A stretch of 24,408 bases of DNA, taken from the IMG/VR virus record IMGVR_UViG_3300025888_000028, positions 1 to 24,408 of that record; one strand, written 5' to 3'. The DNA comes from a virus (Duplodnaviria > Caudoviricetes). The translations under genes and the position numbers were made by a program. Every line of letters starts with the position of its first letter. Within the stretch, counting starts at the first letter, position 1. The notes beneath the pieces were generated by a model. The model ran no database searches. It saw only the letters and a list, made by a program, of their open reading frames with translations, and was not told the origin of the DNA. Of this stretch, positions 6,717 through 15,147 are shown piece after piece.

Positions 6717-8357
6717 TCAGGTGGTCGGGTCGAACAGTGACGCGGCATCACTCGTTGCCGCTGCCTTCGGCGCCTTCTTGAACGTCTGCGACGTGTGCCG
6801 CAGTGGCGGGCAGTCAATGCCTTTGCCGTCGAGCAGATCCTCGACAGTCAGCAGCTGCAACCGCGGATGCTTGCCCCAGGGCGAGGTGTAGAAGCCGGCC
6901 GTCGCCGCTTCCTCGCGCATGGGCTTCGTCGTCTCCTGCATGCTGATCAGCACGCCGATCACGGCCTCTTCCCGGTCGACTACGCCGCGCAGCTCGTGCA
7001 CGTGTGCCCGGCCCGTGTGGCCAGCCTTCACGCTGATGATGATCTGCTTCACGTCGCCGCTGTCGCCCTCGTGGAAGTAGATCCGCCCGTCGATGCCCCT
7101 GTCGGCGCCTTTCTTGCGCTCGACGCCGCGGGCGTGCACCTGGTCGAGTGCCCACCACTGGAACTGGTAGGGGTCGGCCGCGGCGAGCACCTTAGCGTCG
7201 GAGACGCTGGCCGGCTCGCCAATGACCTCGTAGGTCTCATCGACACTCTCGCCATAGGCGTCTCGCAGGCGCCGGCGGATGAGGGCGATCGCAAGGTAGG
7301 TAACGTCGATGCCGATCCACGGTCGACCGAGCTTCTGAGCCGCGTCGACCGCGGTGCCGCAGCCACAGAAGGGGTCGAGAACGACGTCGCCTTCGTTGCT
7401 GGAAGCTCGGATGATGCGCTCGAGGAGGGCCTCTGGCTTCTGCGTCGGGTAGCCAAGGCGCTCTGCGGCTTGCGAGCCGATGGCCGGAATGTCGTCCCAC
7501 AGGCTCTGGAGTCTCACTCCCTGCGATTCGTCGAGGTACATCTTGAGCCTAAGAGCGCCCCCCGCCTTGGCCGGAAAGTGCAGCCGCCCCTCTCTGTCGT
7601 ACTTGCGCAGGCGCACCTCGTCACACCCCCAGCCGTTTGGATGAGGCTGGTACGTCACGCCGTTGCTCGCGGTGTACGGGAAATGCAGGTTCGGACGTTG
7701 GCCGGGGTTCCGCAGCGTGACCGACTGCCAGCGCCGGCCATCGGGATCGGAGTACTTGAAGGTGCGCTCGATGTAGTCCAGGGCGAAGGCTGTGTAGAGC
7801 TGATTCCAGGTGTAGGCCCCCGTCTTCGTGTAGACCAAGATCGTGTCGCAGACGGCTCCGAAGCTGCGGCTCACATTGCCGTGGCTGTGCGTGCGCTTCC
7901 AGGTGATCTCGTTGAGGAAGCTCCTTGGGTCGAAGACTGCGTCCATGAGAACGCGCAGGTACGCGCTGGCTGTGTCGTCGCAGTGCAGGTACAGGCTGCC
8001 GGTCGGCTTCAGCGCACGCCGCAGCTCCACGAGCCGCGGCGCCATCATCGCCAGGTAGGCCATCATGTTGCTCGTGCCGAGCAGCTTGCGCAGCGCCTGC
8101 ATGGCGACCGACACCTGGCCTCCCTCGACGATCATCGCCTCGAGCGCGAGCTCGGCCTCCATGCTCCAGGTCCAGGTGTCCTCGAAGGCATGGATCTGCG
8201 AGGATGCCTGCTCGCCGGAGTGCTCCTTGAACAGCACGTTGTAGTTGGCGTTGCTGTTGAAGGGTGGGTCGAGGTAGACGAGGTCGACCGACTCGTCGGC
8301 GACGTAGCGCCGGAGGATGTCGAGGTTGTCGCCGTAGTAGAGGGTGTTGGCGGGCAA
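6717..8357 (-). CDS. Beta-class amino (N6-A/N4-C) DNA methyltransferase fused to an Mrr-like restriction endonuclease domain
   Basis: LYYGDNL, motif [20 protein letters not shown], motif [12 protein letters not shown]-terminal [11 protein letters not shown]...IIISVKAG resembles a PD-(D/E)xK core. Start TTG 8357 or GTG 8384. Confidence 0.9.
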   Translation of the reverse strand: MPANTLYYGDNLDILRRYVADESVDLVYLDPPFNSNANYNVLFKEHSGEQASSQIHAFEDTWTWSMEAELALEAMIVEGGQVSVAMQALRKLLGTSNMMAYLAMMAPRLVELRRALKPTGSLYLHCDDTASAYLRVLMDAVFDPRSFLNEITWKRTHSHGNVSRSFGAVCDTILVYTKTGAYTWNQLYTAFALDYIERTFKYSDPDGRRWQSVTLRNPGQRPNLHFPYTASNGVTYQPHPNGWGCDEVRLRKYDREGRLHFPAKAGGALRLKMYLDESQGVRLQSLWDDIPAIGSQAAERLGYPTQKPEALLERIIRASSNEGDVVLDPFCGCGTAVDAAQKLGRPWIGIDVTYLAIALIRRRLRDAYGESVDETYEVIGEPASVSDAKVLAAADPYQFQWWALDQVHARGVERKKGADRGIDGRIYFHEGDSGDVKQIIISVKAGHTGRAHVHELRGVVDREEAVIGVLISMQETTKPMREEAATAGFYTSPWGKHPRLQLLTVEDLLDGKGIDCPPLRHTSQTFKKAPKAAATSDAASLFDPTT

Positions 8358-8359
8358 AG

Positions 8360-9106
8360 CTATCCGGCGACTCTCTCCAGCCACGGTGCTCTGTTCTGCC
8401 AGAACACGAGGGAGGACACCTGCTGCAGGAGATTCTGGGTGTCCTCTCTGACCGCCTCGCCTCTGTCGTCGATGAGCGAGATGCGACCGTAGCCATTCGT
8501 GTGCATGAGGTCCCCGAACTCCGCATAGACCGCCACGGCGCGGTTCCACATCGACTCCGCAGCAACGGGCTCAACGACGGCATGCTGGGAGACCACGTAG
8601 AGGCTCGGCTTGTGCTCGTGACCTGACGCGCCGACGATTCGATGGTTGCGCTCGATCTCAACCCCCTTGCCCGCGAGCTCCTGTGCGACCTCCTCCGTGA
8701 AGTCCTTCCGCGCCTTCTCCGGTTTGGCCAGCTCATACCCGACGGCGTCGGCGAGCTGCAGGGAAGCCGTGGCCACACGCCAAACCGCATCGCCGATGCC
8801 GTCGCCGCTCACGGTCGCCGAGATGCGCCCGTTCTGAAAGACCAGCCCGAGACTCCCGCAGATGTCCTGTCCCACCCGCAGCAGTGTCGCGGATCGCTTC
8901 TGAAGTCTCTGAACCGCAACGGACGTGCCTTGGCTGTAGTCGGTGACCTCGAGAACCCCATCGTGGTCAGTGATGAACACAGTGACGCTGTCTCCGTCTG
9001 GGTAGTAGAGAGCAGTGTCGCAGACGAGGCGGTCGTCGAGGACACTGCACTCGACCTCATCACTGAGGTGGCTCAGCAGGGCATCGGCTACGACCTGGGG
9101 GTTCAC
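8360..9106 (-). CDS. DUF1828/DUF1829-like protein
   Basis: [15 protein letters not shown]...VTDYSQG N-terminal pattern and [10 protein letters not shown]-terminal pattern; GAGGAGG RBS; GTGA overlap. Confidence 0.7.
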   Translation of the reverse strand: MNPQVVADALLSHLSDEVECSVLDDRLVCDTALYYPDGDSVTVFITDHDGVLEVTDYSQGTSVAVQRLQKRSATLLRVGQDICGSLGLVFQNGRISATVSGDGIGDAVWRVATASLQLADAVGYELAKPEKARKDFTEEVAQELAGKGVEIERNHRIVGASGHEHKPSLYVVSQHAVVEPVAAESMWNRAVAVYAEFGDLMHTNGYGRISLIDDRGEAVREDTQNLLQQVSSLVFWQNRAPWLERVAG

Positions 9107-9594
9107 GATTCCTCCTCGAAAGGTATCACCATCTGATCGGCGATGACGGGTGCCACGTAGGCGGTCCGCATTTCGACATGCAGCTGTCGGCAGAACACTT
9201 CTAGATGTTCCCTCTCTGAGAAGCCGCCAACACCATCCAGTTCGCGCGCACAACGGGTAGCCCTGCCCAGAACCCAGACGTGCTCATGGGGCCGCTTCTC
9301 GATGCGTGGAGGGAACCCGTTCGGACATCCTCGATTGCGATGCTTCCCGACTGCGGTGAAGTGCCACATCAACACGGTCTCGCCGTCAAGATCGAGCTTG
9401 AACTTGTGCCCGGACGGAACGGCGGCGTTGTGCATCAGGCTCAGAGACCCCGTCGCCACGCCTTCTACCTCAACGTGAAACACCGCCCTGAGCTCGTCCT
9501 GGGAAACACGCTGCCAGTTCATGCGCTGTGGCCGCGTCACCACCTTGTCTGCCAGCAGGAAAGACTGCACCTGCTGCTCCCCGAGCCGCCCCAT
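9103..9594 (-). CDS. His-motif protein (DUF6978-like), partner of the DUF1828-like gene
   Basis: KHRN...PHEHVW...LEVFCRQLHV motif pattern; translationally coupled to the downstream gene. Confidence 0.6.
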   Translation of the reverse strand: MGRLGEQQVQSFLLADKVVTRPQRMNWQRVSQDELRAVFHVEVEGVATGSLSLMHNAAVPSGHKFKLDLDGETVLMWHFTAVGKHRNRGCPNGFPPRIEKRPHEHVWVLGRATRCARELDGVGGFSEREHLEVFCRQLHVEMRTAYVAPVIADQMVIPFEEES

Positions 9595-9629
9595 GCCCCC
9601 ACCGCCGCGTCGAGTTCCTGTGTGGGGAC

Positions 9630-9659
9630 AACCTACAGGACGGGCCCGGTCAGCGGCAA
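9630..9659 (-). promoter_or_regulatory. Putative promoter of the accessory cassette
   Basis: TTGCCG-18-TAGGTT between the endolysin stop and the ATG at 9594. Confidence 0.45.
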
Positions 9660-9671
9660 GGAGGCGTTGGC

Positions 9672-10433
9672 CTACTTCTCCACCTCGAACCACCAACAGT
9701 TGCGCAGCGGGCGGTCCTTCTTCAGCACGCCCTCCAAGTAGCCGGTCCTGGTGTTGAACTCGGCGGTTGTGCAGGTGCCGTCGCCATTGTCGTGAACGAA
9801 CGTGATCGCGTGGTCCGGGTCGCTGTGGCCGTCGAAGTCGATCACACCGGGACAGCCGGGGTCGGGGTCGCTGGTCAAGTGGATGCCGTTACGGTCCGCC
9901 TGAGCGTCGGAAAGCATGAGGTCGGTGCCGGCCCAGCGAGAGCCCCTCTTGAACGCCGCTGACCCCGCCTTGACCCATGCCCACGAAATGCCAATCACAC
10001 AGTAGGCGACAGCGCCCCAACCCCACCACGTGTTGTACTTGATGTGGTTCGAGTGCGGAGGATTCTCCATCGTGCCGAGTTCGTGCTTGATGATCTCCAG
10101 AGCTCGCAGACGTAGCCTGGTCTGCACGCTCTGCCGGTGCTTCACCAGCTCTAGCTGCGCCAGTCGTGCGGCGCGGCGCTTGCGCAGAGCGGGCGGCAGC
10201 GGAAGCCGCTTCGAGAGGTAGTCGTAGAGCAGCTGTCCGGCGATAGGCTTGAGATTCGCCTTCGAGTAGCCGAGTCGGTGCTTGGCCTGCTGCACGGCGG
10301 CGCAGGTGAGGGCGCCCATCTGGCCGTCGACCACGAGCTCGCGGCGTGGGGAGTAGAAATCGTTGTTGTTGATGCGCCACTGCAGGTTCTTGACGCGCTT
10401 ACCTTTGGAGCCGTAGTGGAGCGTTGTGGACAT
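9672..10433 (-). CDS. Endolysin: peptidoglycan-binding domain plus CHAP amidase/peptidase
   Basis: TLHYGSKGKRVKNLQ...VDGQMGALTCAAV binding motif. CHAP-like KYNTWWG..AYC...DHAITFV...AEFNT. GAGGAGG RBS. Confidence 0.85.
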   Translation of the reverse strand: MSTTLHYGSKGKRVKNLQWRINNNDFYSPRRELVVDGQMGALTCAAVQQAKHRLGYSKANLKPIAGQLLYDYLSKRLPLPPALRKRRAARLAQLELVKHRQSVQTRLRLRALEIIKHELGTMENPPHSNHIKYNTWWGWGAVAYCVIGISWAWVKAGSAAFKRGSRWAGTDLMLSDAQADRNGIHLTSDPDPGCPGVIDFDGHSDPDHAITFVHDNGDGTCTTAEFNTRTGYLEGVLKKDRPLRNCWWFEVEK

Positions 10434-10462
10434 GGCGTGCCTCCTCTAAAGTGCTTTGCCGG

Positions 10463-10786
10463 TCACGGTCTCGTCTTCACGCGCACGCGCCCCGCTTGGC
10501 AGATGAGCCGCTCGCGCGTGCCCTGCAGGCGCAGGTAGAGCCAGTAGGCGCCGGCAACGAGCGGCTCCGGGTCGCCGTAGAGCGCCTTTGCCTGCGGCGG
10601 CAGAGTGTCCTCGACCCACTCGGCCTGCGCCCAGGTCCAGTCGCCTGTGTCCTGGCCGGAAGAGACCAGCGCCAGAGACGCGGCGTAGAGCGTGGGGTCG
10701 GCGGGCTGGCCGTCGACCATGAACCCGGAGACGCTCACGTATAGGTCCTCAACGGCACCGACGTAGAGGACAATCTGCTCACTCAT
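10463..10786 (-). CDS. Hypothetical beta-rich virion-associated protein
   Basis: AAGGAG RBS, ATGA overlap; GAYWLYLRL...GRVRV Ig/BppU-like pattern. Confidence 0.65.
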   Translation of the reverse strand: MSEQIVLYVGAVEDLYVSVSGFMVDGQPADPTLYAASLALVSSGQDTGDWTWAQAEWVEDTLPPQAKALYGDPEPLVAGAYWLYLRLQGTRERLICQAGRVRVKTRP

Positions 10787-11055
10787 GGCGTGCTCCTTTC
10801 GACGGCGCTCGCGCGCAGGCAGGGGCCGCGACGCTCAAGGCTGGCCTCGAGGCGCGGAGTGGCGGCAGCCGAAAGGTGCAGCGGATGGGCAAGCTCGGGG
10901 CCGCGTGCAGCGATGGTCATAGTTGGCCCACGGGCGGCGCAGGCGAACGTCCCGCGGTCCACGATCCGCGCCACGCAATCGAGCTTGCGCGCGAAGAAGC
11001 GCCCGACCTGGTAGGCGAGGGCCTGGAAGATGCGGCCTTGGAAGGCGCCGCTCAT
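10783..11055 (-). CDS. Hypothetical protein (90 aa)
   Basis: ATGA-coupled on both sides; N-terminal AFQGRIFQ repeat. Confidence 0.6.
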   Translation of the reverse strand: MSGAFQGRIFQALAYQVGRFFARKLDCVARIVDRGTFACAARGPTMTIAARGPELAHPLHLSAAATPRLEASLERRGPCLRASAVERSTP

Positions 11056-11573
11056 GTCTTGATGATGAAGCTGCGGGTTCGGTAGGGCTGCAGGTTGTTG
11101 TGGGCGAGGTAAGAACCCGGGTTTATGTCCGTACCGGCAGCTAAGGCGTAGCCGCCGCCGCCAACGGTAATATTTGCCGCCCCCATGTTTCCTGTGCCAG
11201 ACACCACAAATCCTTTCGTGCCGGTACTATCTGCGTAATGTACGTGTGGGGGCACCTCGTTTGAGGTTAGCGCGTGCGTCTTCTCGCCGCCGGTCCCGCC
11301 GAGCGTGCCGAAGTTGGCGTCGCCGCTTTTGTAGCCGACCGGCACCATGCCGCGCATGTCGGGCAGGGAGAAGTGCGTCCCGTCCACCCCGCCGTAGGTG
11401 CCCCGGATGAGCGCCGAGAGGTCTGGGTAGCTGGCGATGAGCTGGCTGGAGCCGTCCTCGATGAGCCAGCCCGCGGGCGGCGTCGCCACCGGCCACATTA
11501 TCTCGGCGCCGGTGGGGGCGATGCCGACTGGGCCTTGCGGGCCGAGAATCGTCGCCTGTTTCGACCAGGCCAC
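11052..11573 (-). CDS. Tail fibre tip protein with phage tail-collar domain
   Basis: PTGAEIMW..PPAGWL..DG..YPDL..FSLPDMRG..GGEKTHALT..PPHVH..HNNLQPY..FIIK. Confidence 0.9.
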   Translation of the reverse strand: MAWSKQATILGPQGPVGIAPTGAEIMWPVATPPAGWLIEDGSSQLIASYPDLSALIRGTYGGVDGTHFSLPDMRGMVPVGYKSGDANFGTLGGTGGEKTHALTSNEVPPHVHYADSTGTKGFVVSGTGNMGAANITVGGGGYALAAGTDINPGSYLAHNNLQPYRTRSFIIKT

Positions 11574-11576
11574 GAC

Positions 11577-11813
11577 TCAGCTCAGGACGTAGACATCGCC
11601 GGTCGCGGTGTCGAGGTAGAAGTCGCCAGCGATGGACCCGGCGACTGAGGTCGGCGCGCCGCTACCCGTGAACCACTTGGCGCCGCGCGTGCCCGTTGCG
11701 CCCGCGTCTCCCGTGTCGCCCTTGGCCCCGGTCGCGCCAGTCGCGCCGCCAGCCCCCGTTGCGCCCGTGGCACCGGTGTCGCCCTTGATATTCGCTTGCT
11801 GCGTCCACGCCAT
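11577..11813 (-). CDS. 78-aa collagen-like fibre subunit
   Basis: 12 consecutive G-X-Y triplets followed by WFTGSGAP...GDFYLDTATGDVY; TAAGGAG RBS. Confidence 0.85.
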   Translation of the reverse strand: MAWTQQANIKGDTGATGATGAGGATGATGAKGDTGDAGATGTRGAKWFTGSGAPTSVAGSIAGDFYLDTATGDVYVLS

Positions 11814-11823
11814 GGTGCGCTCC

Positions 11824-12249
11824 TTAAGTCAGTTGGTAGACGATGCCGCTGTTGCGGTCGAGGTAGTAGTCGCCGGCCTTTGAGCCGACGACCAGCGTCG
11901 GCACACCGTCCCCGCTCCACCACGTCGCGCCGCGATCAGCGATGTTCTGCCAGTAGCTGGCGTCGGGCGGCTCGTGCCCGGCGTGCACCATAGTGCAGAT
12001 GTAGGAGCTGCCCGCGGAGAAGACAACATCGTTCGCGGCATAGCTCGCGCCGGCGCTCCAGTCACCGCGCCACGTCATGCCGACCGGGCCGGTGATGCCC
12101 GCGAGCACGTCGGGGGCCAGGTCTTCGGCGGTGACGCTATGCGGCGTGACCGAGTGCGCAGCGTCCCACCAAGTGCCGTCGACCGGCGCTTCGTCGTCGG
12201 GATCATTTGCGAACTCGGGGCCGGCCAAATGAGAGTGGAAGACCTCCAT
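11824..12249 (-). CDS. Fibre-associated protein with CBM5/12-like module and C-terminal fibre repeat
   Basis: WRGDWSAGASYAANDVVFSAGSSYIC...PP..SYW; C-terminus paralogous to the 78-aa protein. Confidence 0.8.
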   Translation of the reverse strand: MEVFHSHLAGPEFANDPDDEAPVDGTWWDAAHSVTPHSVTAEDLAPDVLAGITGPVGMTWRGDWSAGASYAANDVVFSAGSSYICTMVHAGHEPPDASYWQNIADRGATWWSGDGVPTLVVGSKAGDYYLDRNSGIVYQLT

Positions 12250-12252
12250 CTA

Positions 12253-12819
12253 CTAGCCGAAGACGAGCTTGATGAGTTGAGTGGCAATGCCGCTGATAAG
12301 TCCCGTCAGGAAGAGCAGACCGACAAGTAACCAGAAGTTCGAGACGAGCTGCTCCCTGGTGAACTTCTTGGGAGCTTCTTCTGCCGCGTCGGTCAGTACC
12401 ACCGCTGCGTCCTTAGCCGCGTCCACCCTGACGGTAGCGGCTTTCTTGGCCGCAGTTTCGACATGGGCCGCGACTTTGTTGGCTGCCATTTCTGCCGCGT
12501 CGGCAATCAGAGCTGCGTGGTCTATGGCGCTGGCCTCGGAGTCGATGCGACGCTCGTCCGCGAACAGTGAACGGTGCTTCTCCGTGCACTCCGTAGCCTG
12601 GTCACGCTGGTAGTTCTTGAGTTGCTCAGCGAGAGTCGCGGCGCGCTCCTTGCCATCTTTCACATGTTTGGCGAACAGGCGGAGCGTCTCCTTTTGGTTC
12701 TCGTCGAGGTCTTCGTTTGTCGCGACTAGCGCCTTGAGGATGTCGTCGACCCCAGCGCCGCCGTTCTCCCTGCTGCGGAGCACGATGCCCTGCATGGCCT
12801 TCTCGAAATGGTCGCTCAT
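12253..12819 (-). CDS. Coiled-coil protein with C-terminal TM helix (possible lysis accessory)
   Basis: GAGGAGG RBS before MSDHFEK; helical Ala-rich body; FWLLVGLLFLTGLISGIATQLIKLVFG. Confidence 0.7.
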   Translation of the reverse strand: MSDHFEKAMQGIVLRSRENGGAGVDDILKALVATNEDLDENQKETLRLFAKHVKDGKERAATLAEQLKNYQRDQATECTEKHRSLFADERRIDSEASAIDHAALIADAAEMAANKVAAHVETAAKKAATVRVDAAKDAAVVLTDAAEEAPKKFTREQLVSNFWLLVGLLFLTGLISGIATQLIKLVFG

Positions 12820-12829
12820 CCTCGCCTCC

Positions 12830-14455
12830 TCACCTGCGCCGCCGTTTGCGCGGCCTGCGTTTTGCCCCCAGCTCGCGCCGCGCCATGAGCCTGTCGAGCC
12901 TCGTTGACCTCGTGCCGACCTCCAGCGTGATCTCGCGATCGACAAGGCGGCCGGCGACGCTCGTCACGAGCATCCGGCCGCCCTTCTCGGGCTGCACGTC
13001 GAGGTTGACGAGCATCATCCCGGGGCGCAGGTAGATGGCCGGCACGTCGACGCCCCCCCAAAGATGCGCGTCACCCTTCATCGGAATGCTCCCGGTCGGC
13101 TTCGGCCAGAGGCCGTCGCGCAGGCGCTGCGTGGCGACCAGGGTCGCGTCGGAAGACGAGTTGCAGGTATCGGTGAGGTCGAGGAACTTGGTTTTCCACT
13201 GCGCGCCTAGCGGTCCCTCGGCATCGCTCACGGTGACGCTGCTCACGCGGCCGTTCTGCCGCGTGTAGTGCGCCACTACTTTGTTGCAGCAGTCCTGCCA
13301 GTCACGGCGCACACCCCACTCGCCGAGGTTCGGGTCAACGAACGACGTAACGATGAGTTGGTGACCGGGCACCGTCGCGGCCGTCCACGGCTTGCGGTAG
13401 AAGAAGGTTTGTCCGTCGTCAAAGCCGTAGTTCCAGTCGAGCATCTGATTGACGTCCTCGATGAGCTGGCCCACGGTGGTCGGGTCGGAGAAGTCGGCGT
13501 GCTCGAGCACGTAGCCGCTCGTATCCGGGAAGTCGATGTGATCGTCGTCAACGAGGCTGAGCACGGCGTCGCGGACGATGCGCTCGGGGGTCACGTTGGC
13601 GCCGAGGTCGGAGGCGTAGACGCGCAGGTCGTCGAAGGCGATGCCGGAGAACAGGTACCAGTCGTCGACGGAACTGCTGTCGGCGTCGGTGTAGCTGGTG
13701 ACGACTTCGCCGACTTGCTCGAATCTCCACACGAGCACAGTCACGTCGTCGCCGATGTCCCCAGCGTCGAGGCTCACGTCGTCGTCCGGCGCAAAGGTCG
13801 CGGGGCTAGTCCAGATGAGACGGTTGACGCTGCCGCCGCTGAGCTTGTCGCGGCCGTAGAGCTTGCAGCGCAGCGACACGTCGAGATTGTCGCCGGTGTA
13901 GTGGAACTTGAACGCCGATATCTGCTGCGTCGTGGGGATGCCGTCGAAGAGTTGCCAGTAGGCGCGACAGTTCATGCCGTCGTGGAGGGTCTGCCCGGGG
14001 TCGCCGCCCTGGCACGAGACGCGCATCACGAGCTTGTCGTCGTCCTCGATGCCGACCGTGAACCTGTCTGAGTACTTCGTCGACTGGTCGGTCTCCCAGC
14101 TCGCGATGATGCCGTCGACGTAGCAGCGGCGGAAGTACTCGTCGTCGGAGAGGTAGCCGTTGTATCCGGTGGCCTCGATGGTCAGGCGATCGGCCTCGAC
14201 GAAGCCGATGTCCGGCTCCTCGACGCGGCCCTCCCAGAGTAGGTGCTGATTCACGTCGCGGATCGCGACGGGCTCGTTCACGTTGTCGGCGTAGCGGCTG
14301 ACCGACTTCGGCGGCACTACGTCGATGCTGGCACTCGTGAAGCCGCCCTTGCGGTCGATGTTCCACTCGGCGTCGAGCACGTCGACGCCCTGGCCGCCCA
14401 TCTTCGGGCGTTCGACGAACTGCGTGGTGGCGAAGACTTCGGCGGTGGTCGTCAT
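12830..14455 (-). CDS. Minor tail protein (baseplate hub/Tal-like)
   Basis: ATGA start MTTTAEV; LLWEGRVEEP...IEATG N-terminus; CNKVVAHY...LRPGM C-terminal hub pattern; lies downstream of Dit. Confidence 0.75.
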   Translation of the reverse strand: MTTTAEVFATTQFVERPKMGGQGVDVLDAEWNIDRKGGFTSASIDVVPPKSVSRYADNVNEPVAIRDVNQHLLWEGRVEEPDIGFVEADRLTIEATGYNGYLSDDEYFRRCYVDGIIASWETDQSTKYSDRFTVGIEDDDKLVMRVSCQGGDPGQTLHDGMNCRAYWQLFDGIPTTQQISAFKFHYTGDNLDVSLRCKLYGRDKLSGGSVNRLIWTSPATFAPDDDVSLDAGDIGDDVTVLVWRFEQVGEVVTSYTDADSSSVDDWYLFSGIAFDDLRVYASDLGANVTPERIVRDAVLSLVDDDHIDFPDTSGYVLEHADFSDPTTVGQLIEDVNQMLDWNYGFDDGQTFFYRKPWTAATVPGHQLIVTSFVDPNLGEWGVRRDWQDCCNKVVAHYTRQNGRVSSVTVSDAEGPLGAQWKTKFLDLTDTCNSSSDATLVATQRLRDGLWPKPTGSIPMKGDAHLWGGVDVPAIYLRPGMMLVNLDVQPEKGGRMLVTSVAGRLVDREITLEVGTRSTRLDRLMARRELGAKRRPRKRRRR

Positions 14456-15147
14456 GCGCTGTCCCTGAACTTGGCCCACACCTTGCAGGCCGCAGAAAGC
14501 GTCCATGCCTTGGTCGCCGCGAAGGCTTCCCAGGCGCCGTAGGCGTCCTCGTCGTTGCGGATCGCCATCTCCGTCGCGGCGACGCTGCCGGGGTTCAGCG
14601 TCAGTGTCACGTCGCGCCCGAAGACCATGCTGGCGCCGCCGTTGATGAGGACGTTCGCTCCGTAGTCCTCTTCTCCCAGGAAACACAAGGTCCAGTAGCC
14701 GTCCCCGGCGTCGGCCGGGGCATCGGAATCTATCTGGACGTTCATGGCGACAGTCGCGGCCCCCGATGGCACGGCGACGGTGCCGCCTGCTGTGTGCCAC
14801 GCATCGGCCGCATATGACGACGGATACGTGTACGGGATGAGTTCGGAGCCCGCCACCATCGCTCCCGCAGCATCGAAGAACACCGCGTATACGGTCGCCT
14901 CGCAGTGCGTCGCATCAGTGCCGTGCGCGCCGAAGACTATCGACCAATCCAGCGACTCGGCATCTCCTACTGCTACCGCGTCAGACTGGCAGTCGCCGTT
15001 TGAATCGGGCGTCTTCGCGCACGCGGTCGCTCCTGCGGGAACGGCTCCCCATGGGACTGACGTGACGCGCTCTGGGGCGGAACCAAAGCCGACGCCCCAG
15101 CCGGATGCGTCGGCTGCGAAGGCGGGGTTCCCGATGAGGTTGCTCAC
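14452..15147 (-). CDS. Tail-associated protein with carbohydrate-binding (CBM4/9-like) domain
   Basis: NLIGNPAFAADASGW...VAVPSGAATV jelly-roll pattern; C-terminal INGGA...WTLS...VWAKFRD module. Confidence 0.7.
   Translation of the reverse strand: MSNLIGNPAFAADASGWGVGFGSAPERVTSVPWGAVPAGATACAKTPDSNGDCQSDAVAVGDAESLDWSIVFGAHGTDATHCEATVYAVFFDAAGAMVAGSELIPYTYPSSYAADAWHTAGGTVAVPSGAATVAMNVQIDSDAPADAGDGYWTLCFLGEEDYGANVLINGGASMVFGRDVTLTLNPGSVAATEMAIRNDEDAYGAWEAFAATKAWTLSAACKVWAKFRDSA

Noticed and set aside
6687-6718. Weak hairpin between the convergent genes
   Set aside because: Short, bulged and GC-only with no U-tract; expected by chance.
6795-8492. 565-aa plus-strand ORF
   Set aside because: Antisense shadow of the methyltransferase; no motifs.
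11052-12249. Diversity-generating retroelement or invertible fibre cassette
   Set aside because: No RT or invertase in the window. The paralogous repeats differ at all base types rather than only at adenines, and they are co-oriented.
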